From Octopus bimaculoides (taxonomy: Eukaryota), in assembly GCF_001194135.2 (NCBI RefSeq), contig NC_068992.1, forward strand, positions 67,513,595 to 67,577,594: DNA of 64,000 nucleotides. Reading direction: 5' to 3'. This document shows, one piece after another, positions 36,460-50,900 of this stretch (positions are counted from its first letter, which is position 1; each line of letters opens with the position of its first letter). The translations under genes were made by a program, and so were the position numbers. The notes beneath the pieces are model-generated. The model saw only the letters and a program-made list of their open reading frames with translations, searched no databases and was not told the origin of the DNA.

Positions 36460-37084
36460 NNNNNNNNNNNNNNNNNNNNNNNNNNNNNNNNNNNNNNNNN
36501 NNNNNNNNNNNNNNNNNNNNNNNNNNNNNNNNNNNNNNNNNNNNNNNNNNNNNNNNNNNNNNNNNNNNNNNNNNNNNNNNNNNNNNNNNNNNNNNNNNNN
36601 NNNNNNNNNNNNNNNNNNNNNNNNNNNNNNNNNNNNNNNNNNNNNNNNNNNNNNNNNNNNNNNNNNNNNNNNNNNNNNNNNNNNNNNNNNNNNNNNNNNN
36701 NNNNNNNNNNNNNNNNNNNNNNNNNNNNNNNNNNNNNNNNNNNNNNNNNNNNNNNNNNNNNNNNNNNNNNNNNNNNNNNNNNNNNNNNNNNNNNNNNNNN
36801 NNNNNNNNNNNNNNNNNNNNNNNNNNNNNNNNNNNNNNNNNNNNNNNNNNNNNNNNNNNNNNNNNNNNNNNNNNNNNNNNNNNNNNNNNNNNNNNNNNNN
36901 NNNNNNNNNNNNNNNNNNNNNNNNNNNNNNNNNNNNNNNNNNNNNNNNNNNNNNNNNNNNNNNNNNNNNNNNNNNNNNNNNNNNNNNNNNNNNNNNNNNN
37001 NNNNNNNNNNNNNNNNNNNNNNNNNNNNNNNNNNNNNNNNNNNNNNNNNNNNNNNNNNNNNNNNNNNNNNNNNNNNNNNNNNNN
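36460..37084. other. Assembly gap (625 N)
   Basis: N run. Confidence 1.
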
Positions 37085-38244
37085 CGCCACTACATTCCTC
37101 CATGGCTAGATTTAATTTGCCTATACAAATTTAATCTGCGATCCATGGGACGAGCCGTTTTAACGATGCGTCCTGCCCAAGCTCGTCGAAACGCCGGTGT
37201 TAAAACGTGGGTAGCTGATGAAGTAGAATGTTCTCTATGTGGCTCGTGCGTTCTCGTCTACGTTTGTTTGCAATGTCCTGTACCCAGATATGCACCTATA
37301 CATACAGGTGGATGTCGGTATGCACATACGTGTACGTATATATGCATATACTCATTTACTATTTGTATATATATATATATATATATATGCACACATACAT
37401 ATACACGTATTTTAATGTGAATTAGTTTTACTGTTGAAAAAGACAATTTATTCTGCAGAATAATCGTCATAGTAAAGCGGTTTTAGATGATGGACGAATG
37501 GATGTTCGAAATAGTTTGTGTAAACAGTGATTAAAATATCGAAACTCGCTTAAATTCTCCTATCGACCTCATATATACGCGAGAATGTTCATTAGCATCC
37601 AGCATATGTATGTTTGTGCAGGCAACATCTTTATATGGATTTTTCTGGACATAGCTGAGAAAGCATGATGAAGAGAGATCACTGATTTATACAGATCTTG
37701 ATCTGTAGTAGAAGAGTACTAGGGAAATAGCGTTAACTTCGTAACTCTATAATTCTATTATTACAACAGGAAGTGAAAAGGTTGTCAGATATTGTGAACC
37801 TGTTCTTTGATACATTTATGCCATAACATTTACACCTTTAGTTATAGATATCTAGTTAGTATGTTTCCGTTGCTTACATACATGTTTGCTTGCCACAGAT
37901 CGATGTCAGTATGAATAGCAGTAATGTATGGTTATAATTAATTCTATGATTTCCTTGAGGAACTCTTACCATTCAATCAGTTATACGATTAGTTGCCTAG
38001 AGAACTATCGCTACTTCTGCTGTTAATGAATGTCATTATACGCACGTGTGAGTTGAAGCGTATTTCCGAATGTTTAATCGATGCCATGTTTGTTATGTGG
38101 CTAGTTTGTGTAGTAGTTTACTCGCTTGTGCGTGTGTATTTGCGTATGTATTGGTATTTGCGTACCTATACAGAGAGAGAGAGAGAGAGAGAGTGTGTGT
38201 GTGTGTATAAGTATACACGATATCTATATACTTGTCTGTCTGTC

Positions 38245-38302
<58 letters not shown>

Positions 38303-38911
38303 CGTGTTCACATACAGGTTGTGCTTTCGTTCTCTTGTAAGTAATCGTAATTTTAAACTATGAATATATTTATTTATTATCTCTCACTTCCGAATTCTCT
38401 TTGTGAAAGTGGCATTAAACAATTTCATTTTGACTGTATTATTCCACTAAAGTCACATCTAATTTTAGTTTGCACTATGGTGAAAATATAAATGTTATTC
38501 AAATATTTGATGAGTGTAATATCCAACATGTATTCCAATTTAGACAGTCTAGCTATAATAAGTCATAAAGAAATAATTTGCATTAATTTTAAAGAATATA
38601 TTTAGAGCTAAACATTTTTTAAAGCAGATGAATGGAATGAAAATATTTCATCGGTGGACAGAGAAGAAATATAAACGTACTCATAAGAACATTATTTATA
38701 AATTATAATTTCATTGAAAAGGAAGTTACTCAACATCTGGGAAAGAATATGTAACGTATAACATTTCTTTGATGCTGTGAACTAAATCCTATTTCTCAGG
38801 AAACTTTGCGGTGCGGCTCTCAAAGGCGGAATTATTTATCATTTCCATAGATTCCGTTGAGGTTGTAACTTATTTACAATCATTAGATTAAAGTGGACAT
38901 TGTTCAGATAG

Positions 38912-39049
38912 TCGCAGGCATGGCTAAGTAGCTTGTTCCTCAAACCCATGGTTACAGGTTCTGCAAATTCACCAGGTGTCTTCTACTATAGCCTCGCAGC
39001 GAGCAAATTTTTCGAGTAGATTTCGTAAACGTAAATTGAAAGAAGCCTG

Positions 39050-39052
<3 letters not shown>
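38912..39052 (+). mobile_element. SINE family 2, 5' half ending at its internal TA run
   Basis: GCAGGCATGGCT...GTGTCTTCTACTATAGCCTCG...TGAAAGAAGCCTGTC then (AT)n. Confidence 0.75.
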
Positions 39053-39109
<57 letters not shown>

Positions 39110-39129
39110 CGTATATAAGAATCCCGTCA

Positions 39130-40605
39130 GGCCTAATTCCAGGCCAAAGCTCAACACAGGATCTCTTGGTGACACCCTCACCCAGGGCAACCACCTGAAG
39201 GTATTTTCAGAGCGTAACATACACAACTCCCTGGTTTACTGCAATCTCAGTCTCCAACCAAAAATGATGCATAATACACAGCGCTGCACTAAGGTTTTTT
39301 TCAGAGGAGGAGGAAAATGACAGAAGACTGGTTTGAAGCAAGTGTGAAAGAGCACTATACGCCAATTGAGGAGAGACGCACTGCCATAGAAAGCACAATC
39401 AACTCACCAGGGCCACGCAGCAAGCATTCAGATCAGCAAAAGGTGTAACATGCAGAATACATCAAGATGCTGTGGAAATTACTCCATTTTACAACCATGT
39501 GAAGGCATCCAACTGTCGTTTGCAGCATTCGCGGAATGTATGAGAGTATTAAGAAAGCCATTGACTCAGCTCAGTACAGGATCGATTCATTGAAATCCAG
39601 AACAGGGGAGTCATCAAGACTAAAAAGGAAGCAGCTGGTGAGATGGGTTGAACATTAGTCCGAACTCTACGCCAAGGAAAACACTTCGTACAACGCACGG
39701 GACACCGTGAAAAGCCTACCTGTTATGGAGGGGGCTGGACATACTGCAAAACGTTGAAGAACTGAGGAGAGCAGTTGGTGGTTTGTTCACTGGAAATGCA
39801 CCAGGTTCGCACAGTATTCCATCGTAGAACATCAGGTGTACTAGGAGAGTTCTACTTAGCCACTTTCCGAAGCTACTGTGTCAGTGCTGGGACGAGGGAG
39901 CAGTCCAGCAACACATGGGGGACAGTAGCATTGTCACCTTATATAAGAACAGAGGAGCCAGAAGCAACAGCTTTAATTACCGAAGCACCATGCTGTGTTA
40001 AGCATCATCGGGGAGGTCTTTGCCTGCGTAATCCTAAATGCATTACAGAAAATCGGCAAGAGTGTATACCATGAATCTCAGTATGCTTTCCTGTTAGAAC
40101 ATCAATCATCTATATGATTTTTTCTCTTCGACAGCTACAAGAGTAGTACAGAGAGCAAAGGCTTTATTCATTACCTTAATCGATCTCACAAAGGCTATTG
40201 ATCTAGTTAATAGAGACGGCCTGTTTAAAATCTTTGCCAAGATTGGCTGTCCTCCAATCCAATCGTTACACGCTAATATAAAAGGCGTCGTTCAATTTGA
40301 TGACTCTTGTTCGGAAGCATTCAACTTATGTAGCAGCGTGAAGCATGGATGTGTACTTGCTCCACCCTGTTTGGTATGTGCTTAGCAGTCATGCTGATAC
40401 ACGCATTGGGAACATCAACTGATAATGTTTACCTTCTCACCAGATCAGACAGTAAAATTTTTAGTCTGTCCAGGCTGAAAGCAAAATCCAGGGTTCGTCA
40501 GGTTCTCATCAGAGAAATGCTGTTTGCGTGCAACGTAGCATTGACAGCGCACTCTGAGGATCACATGCAGCACCTCGTGGATAACTCTCAAAAATCCGTC
40601 AGTAG
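39130..40605 (+). mobile_element. Decayed RTE-clade LINE (RT domain, truncated)
   Basis: DLTKAIDLVNRDGLFKIFAKIGCPP, VKHGCVLAP, VYLLTRSDSKIFSLSRLKAKSRVRQVLIREMLFACNVAL (catalytic FADD decayed to FACN). Confidence 0.9.
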
Positions 40606-40921
40606 TACCCTCCCCCACTTGATAGGTATGTACCACTAATTACTATAACTATTCTAATTGTATAACTAAATTTTTCAGTCGGTCGAAAACTGCTTTTAGA
40701 GGGAGAGCATGTAACATCAATTGCTCTATCTTTATTTTCTCATTTTCTCTTGCTTTTTTTTTCTTTATTTTTCCTTCTGGTAAAGTCCCACTGCCCAAAA
40801 TAGCGCGAACAGAAACAGTTGTTAAATGAGATACTGTCTTTTTCGTAATCACTAAATAATATTTGATGTTTATCAATTTTATGCCATTTTCTTATTTTAA
40901 CTTGTATATATATCTATGTAA

Positions 40922-40963
<42 letters not shown>

Positions 40964-41437
40964 TCTGTGTGTGTGTTTATGTATATTTATATGTATATAT
41001 TTGGAGTGTTTTCAGGTGCGACGTAATGTCTCTTTGCATGCATTTGTGTGAGCTAATTCGTGTCTTAAATTAATACTATCGTGTTAACTACTTAATATAG
41101 TCTAGTAGAGAACGGCGACATCAAAGTGATTTCTAACTTTTACTAGAAGCTGTAGCTGTGTTTTTCGTATACTTCATTCCTTTTATTATTTTATCTAGTT
41201 AAATATAATTAAACTCTTTAAATTCAATTATATATATATGAATATATCAGCAATTTTATGAATATTTATGATGGTGCATAATTGCACATATATCAATATA
41301 TACCGCTGTGTGCGCGCCATATTTCTCTTTATTCACTTGAAATTTGCATATAATATGTAGGTTATTGGGGAGTTTATTTGCTTTGTTTAGCTGCAATGTT
41401 TTTTTGCCGCATTAATAACATTAATAGTGTCATGTGT

Positions 41438-41655
41438 AAGGCAGCGAGTTGAGAAAATCGTTTGCACGCCGGGCAACATGCTTAGCAACATGTCGTAGGT
41501 CTTAACGTTTTTAGATGAAATTATCTCGAGGTCGAACTTCCTGTATTCGTCCCGTTCGGGGACGATTAAACATTATCACTTGAACTTTAGGATCGATGTA
41601 ATCGACTTATCTCCTCCTCAAAATTGCTGGACTTGTGCCAAAATATGAAACCAAT
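41438..41655 (+). mobile_element. Full-length SINE family 1
   Basis: AAGGCAGCGAGTTG...GCACGCCGGGC...GAGGTCGAAC...GATCGATGTAATCGACTTATC...AAAATTGCTGGACTTGTGCCAAAATATGAAACCA. Confidence 0.8.
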
Positions 41656-42599
41656 AAAATATGATTGTCTGTTAAACTATTTCGATTTATATTATTTCTT
41701 AGTAGTATACCAACCAAATCCATACAAAGTTAGTCATCGCATCAATTATTACATATTCTAGCTGTGCTATATGTCAATCTATTAATACATATTAGTTTGT
41801 GTATGTTTACCATTTATATTTACGTTGTTACGTGTCGCATCTGCTACCATTAATACCACATCTTCATAATTCCTAAAAGACTTATGCAGAGTAATTCAGT
41901 AAAATGTGCTTCCAATAAGAGCTAAAGAGATGGACAATTGACAGAAAGTTAAATCCTGTACATAAATTATTTTAATTATCTTCAGCTTCAACTGATTACC
42001 CCTGTTTCCTGAAACGTTTAACTGCTTGTATGCATAAATACTTAAAAGATGAAATCCTTAATTTATCCATTACTATAAACATTAATTGTTCTTATTATAA
42101 CAGTACTATTAATCGATGTACTTTAAATTTCACTTACAATTTACACGACTCTGCTAAAAAAATTTGTACCACAGAGGGCTTAAACTCATATCAGATTGAT
42201 TATTGATTTCTGGTCTTTGTTTTTTTTTTTTGCGAACGATACTTCCCAAGTGATCTCAATTAAATTTATGTTACTTGAAACATTATTTACAATGGGATTG
42301 TCATAGTAATCCCCACCCCCGCGCACGCACACAGAAACACGCAAACACAGATATGTATAATAAAAGAAAGGCTTGACAATTTGATACAATGTGTGCGATA
42401 TTCCAAATGTACCAGATTTTTCAGTCTGCCGATAGCATGTTTCACGAAGACTTTCTACTATGTATGAATTTTTGGCTCTTTTTAAACAAAATATCCACCT
42501 CCATACATTTACTTACTGAAGGGTATTGATGTGCTCCACGACTTGAATTATAAACCTTTCTATACAGTATGCACATACATACATGCATAGATACATATC

Positions 42600-42790
42600 T
42601 AGGTTAGAAACCAGTTCTTTCTCTATCGACAAGAAATCTTGAAATAAGCTGAATAATGATATACATAAATACATACATACATACCCTGCTACTGATGTTG
42701 AAATTCTAATGAAGGAGCCTTGGGTCTACGTTAGAAAGCGGCTCTTTCTCTATTGGCAAGAAATCTTGAAATAAAACTGAATGATGACTT
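42600..42790 (+). repeat. About 1.5 tandem copies of the ~120-bp (ATAC)n-linked unit
   Basis: GTTAGAAA...CTTTCTCTAT...CAAGAAATCTTGAAATAA..CTGAAT occurs at about 42603 and 42730, separated by ATAC repeats. Confidence 0.75.
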
Positions 42791-42803
42791 ACATACATAC
42801 ATA

Positions 42804-43250
42804 CTTATTCTTTCTACAATTTTTAACCTTCTTCAGTCATTTGACTGCGGCCTTGCTGGAGCAGTGCCTTAAAGTGTTTTGGTTGAAGAAATCGACCCCA
42901 GGATTTACTCTTTGTAAGACTAATACTTATTGTGTCGGTCTCTTTGGCCGAAACACTAGGTTAGGGGGATATAAACATACCAGCTTCGATTGTCAAACGT
43001 TGGGGAGGAAAACACGACTGACACACGCGCACATAGCTACACACACATACACTCACGCAAATGCAAACAAATATATATAGATATATATGCATCGGCTTCT
43101 TTCAGTTTCCGTCTATCAAATCTACTCGCAAAGCTTTAGTCGTTTCGAAGCTATAGTAGAAGACACGTGCCCAAGGCGCCACGCAGTGGGACTATATCCT
43201 GAACCATATGGTTGGGAAGCAAGCTTCTTACCACACGGTCAAGCCTGTGC
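42804..43250 (-). mobile_element. Full-length SINE family 2
   Basis: CAGTCATTTGACTGCGGCC...internal CA/TA tract...CTATAGTAGAAGACACGTGCCCAAGG...GGTTGGGAAGCAAGCTTCTTACCACAC. Confidence 0.9.
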
Positions 43251-43279
43251 ATATATATATATATATATATGTATACATA

Positions 43280-43349
<70 letters not shown>

Positions 43350-43367
43350 AATACATACATGTATAGA

Positions 43368-43399
<32 letters not shown>

Positions 43400-46300
43400 C
43401 ATACATACATAAATACATACATGTATAGATGTGTGTGTGTATATACATATATATACATATATGTATATATAAATGAATATACATATGTCTATATGTATAC
43501 ACACACGCACACATATGTGTGTGTGTCTACGTACATATAGTATACATGCACACAGGCATTTACATACATGTACTCACATGCGAGAAAAAACATTCCTGCA
43601 TTTAGGGATGATAAACAGTCATTCAATTAGTTTCACGTATTTTTTACATTTAACTATGTAGTATTTAATATATCAAAAGTTAATATACTTTCTTTTTATG
43701 AGTAAAGCATTCGTCCAAACACCAGTTTTATTTAAGACCAACTGTCCGACAGAGCGAGTGGTATAATTCTTGTGTGTAAGGTCAATATTATTACCTAGTT
43801 ATAAAATGAAGAATGCACAATTTGATTTTACAACGCTATAATAACTCTACCGTCACAAAATTGTTGTGATATTGAATTCAGTTTGTCAGTTTAGCCTGAC
43901 ATAATGTAATATAATCGAATATTATATCTCATTCAATGAATGCTACTCATACCTAAATTTTGAAGCCGCGGAATGCAGGCTGAAAATATATGCAACTCTT
44001 CACGGTTTGGTTATTCCACATATTTTAAAGTTAATATTGATTTTCTTAACCCACGCCAGATTACATTTCAGAAAGTATCTAACCGAATTCTTAATTCAAT
44101 TGTCCTGTACAAAGCTGGAAAATTCACATTTCCTCGTGGCAGAGTTAATCTACTCTAGTAGACATTTTAGAGACTTCTAAAGGACGAAAGGCAACATTTG
44201 AACACAGGAAAAAAAATCCCAGGTACGCCTGTCAAACAGTGTTGCTATTTCACGAGCGTCTTAATGAGATTCAGTTATTCCACAAAACCGGGTTGTGATG
44301 TGGATGTAAACAGTGGAATATCACAAAATGTAGGGTGTGATTACTTTTAGTTAAAAAAATATCGACATCAACCTTTATTATTTAAGAGACTCAATAAAAT
44401 ATATACCCCGTCCATTATTTGTGGTACTTTTTTCAAAACATTGGATACATTCCTAACAAATTCCTCTTCTTGTTGCACTCTCACACGCATTTAGTATTTC
44501 ATAGATAGCGCATCTGGTTGCAACTTAAGTTTGTATATTCAGTAGTGTTAATTGACATGCTAATATGGAACCGCGTTGGTGTTTGAAAGCTCAATTAAAT
44601 AGAAATTGATTAATGCAGTGTATTAGCTTAATATGTAGAGACTTGCCGAAATCTGTGATTTCCGTCCAACAAGTCTTTTGTCTTCATTAATAAGAGTTTG
44701 ATTTTAGGTTAATTAGATAATTCTTTCTCATTGCTCTGCTCAGTGAATTTAACTCAACTTAATGAGTCATATGAAATCTGATGGTATTTAAATGTTATAA
44801 GGTCATTGAAATCTTATACTGTTCGAATGCAAACGGTTACGTTTAGCCCCCACGAAATTTCTAGTATTGGAAATCCTTCCTTTCTTAAAAAGAGCTGAAA
44901 ATATGGAAGAGAATATACGGCGTTATCAAAGCTGGAGTGAATTCTTTTCAGAGACATATGGGATCTCATTTGTATCTTCTAAAATCAGAAGTAGTTTATA
45001 GCTTATCATGTAAACGAATATTTCGTGAGAAATTATGTGTTTGGCCAATCAACAAAGTCTGCAGATTAGGTAATCTACTATTTCTTCAGTTAACACTTAA
45101 ACCATCATTTTTGTATTATGAAGTGCTCATAGGCGAGACTTAAAGGACATAAATCATTTTCATAGTTTAGCATTTTTACTCAACTCAAAGAATCTTGCGT
45201 ATTTATTATTTTTTTTTTTTGAAACTTAGACTGAATTAGCAAACAAATTATTAATAATAAGGAGGTGCAAATGAAACCTGAAATGTAAGACAGATTGGTG
45301 ATTTAATTGCAGTTATTTTATCAATACTGATTGGAGACATTTTTTAATGAGGATGGGATTAGAACCGATTTCAAGAGACCTGTATAATCTATGGTTAATG
45401 ATAATACAATATATGTTCAGTATGTAATTTTGATTTCTCATTTTGGCACAAATCCAAATCAATGGTTGTTTATTTGATATATAATCAATATAATGAGCAC
45501 TAGTGGATGTTTTCTTCTGAATTTTCTATTCACAGACAGATGAAAGTAAAATCAATCTAAACAAATCTAAAATAAAACAGCAAAAAAAATCTGAAGAATT
45601 TCATACGCAGCACTATTGATTCTACGACATTTGTCACAGTAATAAACATTGATTTCTAATATCATTGCACTATTACAATTTTACTGGTGTAAGAACTGTA
45701 AGTGCAATCGAATCCCGGCACATAACTGTTACTTAGTTTCTTGACCCAAAGAGGCGAAAGCCAGATTTGTATCGATAATTTAAATGCGACGATGAATGGA
45801 GAATGTTAACAGTGTAAACAGACGAGAGGTTGGAAATAAACAACTAAATTATACCAATTAACGGAAGATTCGGGTCGATATGAAAGAAACAGTCATTTTA
45901 CAGTCTATATTGCAATCGTAAACAAAATCGTGAACTCACAGTGCATCTGGGTATGGATATACAATGCAGTTTACTGAAGTTACGATTCCATGGGAAGGAA
46001 ATATACATTGTATGGAGTGCACAGATAAAAGTCACAAAAAAAAATATCCACTTGAAAAAATTACGAAGGTCGTTGGTTTTTTGTTAAATGGGATGAGTTT
46101 TATAACAGATTCTTGGCTGTATTTATAATATAAGTGTATTTCTTATTTATAGTGACATATTTAAATTAGTAATATTTAAGAAATATATTATAATTTTAAA
46201 GCGTTTCAATTATGAACCACCGGACATGCAGGGAGGGGTTTTGTAAAAAGGTTATGAATGTATGTTTAGTTTATTTTTTGTTAAATTTGAATAATTAATT

Positions 46301-47219
46301 ATGAATTATTATAAATTATTTTTAAGTTAATCATGATTCATTGCTTAGGTTTTAGGATTTTAAAAATGTATTGTGATATTTATTTATATATTCATGGTTT
46401 GGTAATAATTTGTCTTATCTGACGTTAATCAGGTTATGCCGTCAATAAGTTATTATTAAATATAGCTAATTATGCGGAAAGGAAAGAGAAACATTACACA
46501 GATATTATTACAGGGGGTGTATTATGTGATTGCTGAATTTTAACAATTACCACATGAAACTTTAATTATATAAATACAGGTAAGATTAATTCTCTGTCTA
46601 GCAATTTTATGTTATTAACTGAATAATTGGACAGTTGTATTTAATGATAAAGGTATTTAATGCGACGAGTGTTACAAGGACTTGATAAGTTTTTAACTCT
46701 CGCGACTCTTGTTAATAATAATTAGTAGTAATTTTATTGTCGCACTATATTCTTGTTTGATTATCATAATCACATTTTATATTCCATATGAGATTTAATT
46801 GAATGTTGTCCTGTTAGGTCATTATTTAAGAACATAATGTTGCTATAGCATTGAATTTGGTAGCAAGTGAATGTTTAATTGTATAAATGCAATGCATTTC
46901 TTCAGAAGAGGGAATTATTGATGTGAGATAACTAAACTAATTACTTATAGATACGATAGAACCTGATTTCTACTTCCTTCTTATTCGCTGCTGTATTGGT
47001 TTCCACACGAACCTTATACGTTGATAATTTAATATATTTACTACACAATGTCTTGATTCATTCCAACATGTCGTCGTCAATACTCAAAACAAAATAACAG
47101 TTGTATCAGATTTTTGAAGCTGACAATTTCATCAGGAACACATAGTATGTGTGTGTGTGTGGGGGGGGGTGTCAAAATAAAACGTATGACAAATAATACA
47201 AGGAAATAACAGGGCTTTG

Positions 47220-47930
47220 TACTGTCTGTCAAGTCACAACAGTACTTCAGATACACATTACTTTACGCAATATGCGTGCTGTTCCAAGCAATGCCGAATT
47301 TTGCAATACAGCTATATTGTAGGGTATCTCTGAAGTTTCTGAACTCAATGCTCAGATGACAATAGGGATATCATTTCTATTTGAGTCTCAGTTTCCATGT
47401 CTCCATAATTTTCGACCTTTTCTCCTTTTTTTCATGATGATACATTGATCCTCTGCCATTGCCATGTCCATTATTAGATACTCTTGTTTGCCCCTCTTAA
47501 AGGAAACTATGTCCAGCATTCAGTGCTCTAACGCCTTGTTTGTCTGGAAGTCAAAGTGCCAGAGAGTTCCTTTGCCTTTCCTTTTTCGTACATTACGTTT
47601 TCTGGTGTATGATGGTAGCAATCGTCCATTACCTCGTATTCATACATCTGGCATGGTAGCCTGTGAATTTTTTACGCCACATTGCCGTCTTTGCGCTTGT
47701 ACTCTTTCTGCACAAGACATTCACAAGCACTATCAAAGTGAGTCACACTTTTGACCCTCTTCTCACACATTCTGCAGCAGAGATTCGTTGTGTAGGTGTG
47801 CTATATATCTCTTTTGACTGAGTTAGTGTTCAATGCCTGATCCTGGGCAGTGACTATTAATCTTTCAGTATTTTTCTTTTTTGGTCTCCCTTGCTGACCT
47901 ACCTTCTTGATACTTCCTACCCTTTTAAAT
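47220..47930 (-). mobile_element. R4/Dong-type 3' region (zinc finger plus restriction-like endonuclease)
   Basis: TERLIVTAQDQALNTN...CRMCEK...; LDIVSFKRGKQEYLIMDMAMAEDQ...EKVENYGD (decayed PD..D motif); AVLQNSALLGTARILRKVM. Confidence 0.88.
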
Positions 47931-50900
47931 TCTTAGTTTCATGGTAGAACTGACCATTTAATTTCATGCGGAATAGAGTCTCTCATCTCTATCATTATTA
48001 TTATTAAGATTTATATCTGTTATGGTGAATTACTTGAGATTGTCTCAGCTATTTTAACAGATATATGCACAACCACATACGCGTACACACGCACACACAC
48101 ACCTCTCTCTCTTTCTGTCTGTCTCTCTCTCTCTCTCTCTATACATATATATATATATATATATATATTGTGTGTGTGTGTGTGTGTGTGTGTATGTATT
48201 TATAAATCTTGTTTCCATGCAGTTCATTCTCTATGCAAATTAACCTTATTCACGGGTGGCTTTATTCATAAGTATCTACGTAATCACTGATTACAAACAC
48301 AGCAGACAGACAAACACACCAAAGATACACATACACACGCTCGACACACACAATACAAACAAAACACACACAACCACACACATATATGCAGCCATTTAAA
48401 AATATCCGTATGCAAACATGTATATATATATATATATACATATATTACTCTGCATGCATACACTTCAGTGTATGCTTGTGTGTGTGTGTGTGTGTGTGTA
48501 ATACAAACTAAAATATTATAGATTAGACTGTTTCCTACGCATACCTAATAATGCATACCAATCATCAGTAAATATATATGTGCGTATGCGTTTGTACATC
48601 CATACATATATACACACGCGTATATATAAATTTGCTTATATGCATATGGATATTATATTTTGTATGTATGTAAGGGTATTGATATATAGTATATGTAAAT
48701 ATTTGATATTTTACGAAATATATCAAATTTATTGCTCGATTTCCCTAAGCACGCGAAAGAATCCTACGTAAAACCAATGAATTAATAAATAAGATTTTCT
48801 CGTATAACAAAAAAAGTCTGAAACAAAATATTACAAAAACATTATAAAACAGGAGATATCTTTTATAGAAATATACATCTATTCACGGTTTTCAGTTTTT
48901 TCGTCACGACATCATATGCATATTCTTAGGAATATAAGCGTAAAATTTATATATATGTAATATTTTCGTTGTATATCAATTGACAGACGGAAATTCATAT
49001 AAGATGAGCTAATTTGGGAGATTTGAAGCTATGTTCATATAATCTAGATGTAGCATAACCCACAACTCTATGGCAGTAAAATCCATCCTTCCATATAATG
49101 CGTAAGTTTTCATGCTTCTCCTTCAACCAGTCGAGTACATTTCGCCAAACTTTAGTTCATTTTTCAGTATTGGCTACGGAGCGTTTTTAGGTTGTTCTTT
49201 ATTTCTGGCACTAATTTTCTATCACAGAAATGCAAGCTGATCGGCTTTAACCAGTTGTTTTCCAATTCTTCAAATTGCGATAATATGAAATGACAGTAAC
49301 ATAACAGAAGTGTTATACCAGTAGGTGATTGTAGTAATGGTCGATGCAAGATAGTATACAATTGAATAGCATTCCTTTCATCATGAATGCTGTCTCCAGA
49401 AATTTCTAGCTATTGTTTGCTTTTTCCTCTTTTTTCCTCTTTTCTCCTCTTTCGAAAATACACTGGGGGAGAAAATATGTTTTTCTAATTATTGATTTCG
49501 TTTTCGGATGTTTGTTTTCCTTGGTTTTGCAGTAATTTAGCTGATTGTTTGATTCTATGTAAGAGGTAAAGATCAGATCTCAGCTGCTTCCAATTGTGCA
49601 ATGCTATTATCATTGTTTAAATACTGTTATGATATTCCGATCTTTTTATGATAATGGCCATTTTTTGCGATGGCTTTTGTCAGAATATACAGGCAACGAT
49701 TGAAATTGCCTCGAATTAATGTCATAATAACCCTGCAATTTCAAGGATCTAAATTATCAGTGGTGCTTTCAGAAATCCTATAAATGGAATGTATTCAGGA
49801 CACACACACACGTACGCACGCACACATACATGTTGTATTTGTTTGCCATACAAGTAATTAATTTTAACTTTGATGAAGGATATATGGAGAACATTCTATA
49901 AAAGTAATAAACGCCTTAAAGACAAAACCGATATCGATCGAATGAGTAACCTGATCAATATCGATTTTGGCCAATAACCGATATGGATAAAATATAAAAC
50001 TGAATGTTCAGCCGCTAAGAGCTAGTAGTAATAAACGCACACACACACAGACATAAAAAAGCACACAGCATTATGGCGGCTTTTCAAATCGTATAAACGA
50101 GATGCGGAAGAAAATGACGTTTCCCTATTTCACGCTCACTAACGTCATCATCATAAAGTTTGCAGTGCAAAACATCCATTTCTTATTCCTACCCAAAATA
50201 CGCACGCGCGCGCACACACACACAAAGGCAGTTACCCATATCAATAATTCACAAACACAAAAAAGGTTGCACACACACGCACACACACACCACAGACAAA
50301 GATTAATTCGGGTATTAAGTGATGTCTCCCTGGTAGTGATATCTGCGTACTTTAAGTCGACCAAAGTTAATAACTGCCATCTAGGCTGAGATCGATGTTC
50401 TCTCTGGGGTTTATAACTCCTAATTATTGGTATTTGTAAATTAAATCTGTTGTTTGCACACTGGAATTTGTTTTTTGAGATTCGTTGGGATTTGAATTAT
50501 TGTTTGCTTTTTCGATTCAATATTCAAATCCATTATAATCATTTAGATAATTCACTCCTATAAATTACCAAACTGATAGAAGTCGAACTATTTATGATAG
50601 GATCTTTTACAGATAGAATTGTTCCATGCAACGAAAGTAATGGGATCCATTCACTCATCCTGCCCACTTCAAAACTGAGAACAGAGAACTCACAGTAGAA
50701 ATGCATCTACTCGGATGCTCCACCGATTTGGCTAGTCCTCACAAATTGATACGGCAATACACATATTAATGCATCATACACACATTAATATCTCAGTAGA
50801 TTTAGGTCGATGTCCTTTTGTCATTATTTTTTAGAAAATTCTTCAATGAAATTGCAGCAACAGTTCTAGGTTCTGTAAAATGCCCTCACCCTTCTCACCA

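Noticed and set aside
27550-37420. Long ORFs in the supplied track (27550-28443, 27558-28316, 36382-37134, 36425-37420 and overlapping frames)
   Set aside because: They are open only because N runs translate as X.
33255-37660. Phosphatase-like KNRF (~33280) and KNPYKDV...EHSRV (~37600) on the minus strand
   Set aside because: Spacing is wrong, and there is no room or evidence for the remaining PTP exons.
49923-49969. Imperfect 18-bp inverted repeat rich in ATCGAT
   Set aside because: Three mismatches and self-palindromic words; plausible by chance.
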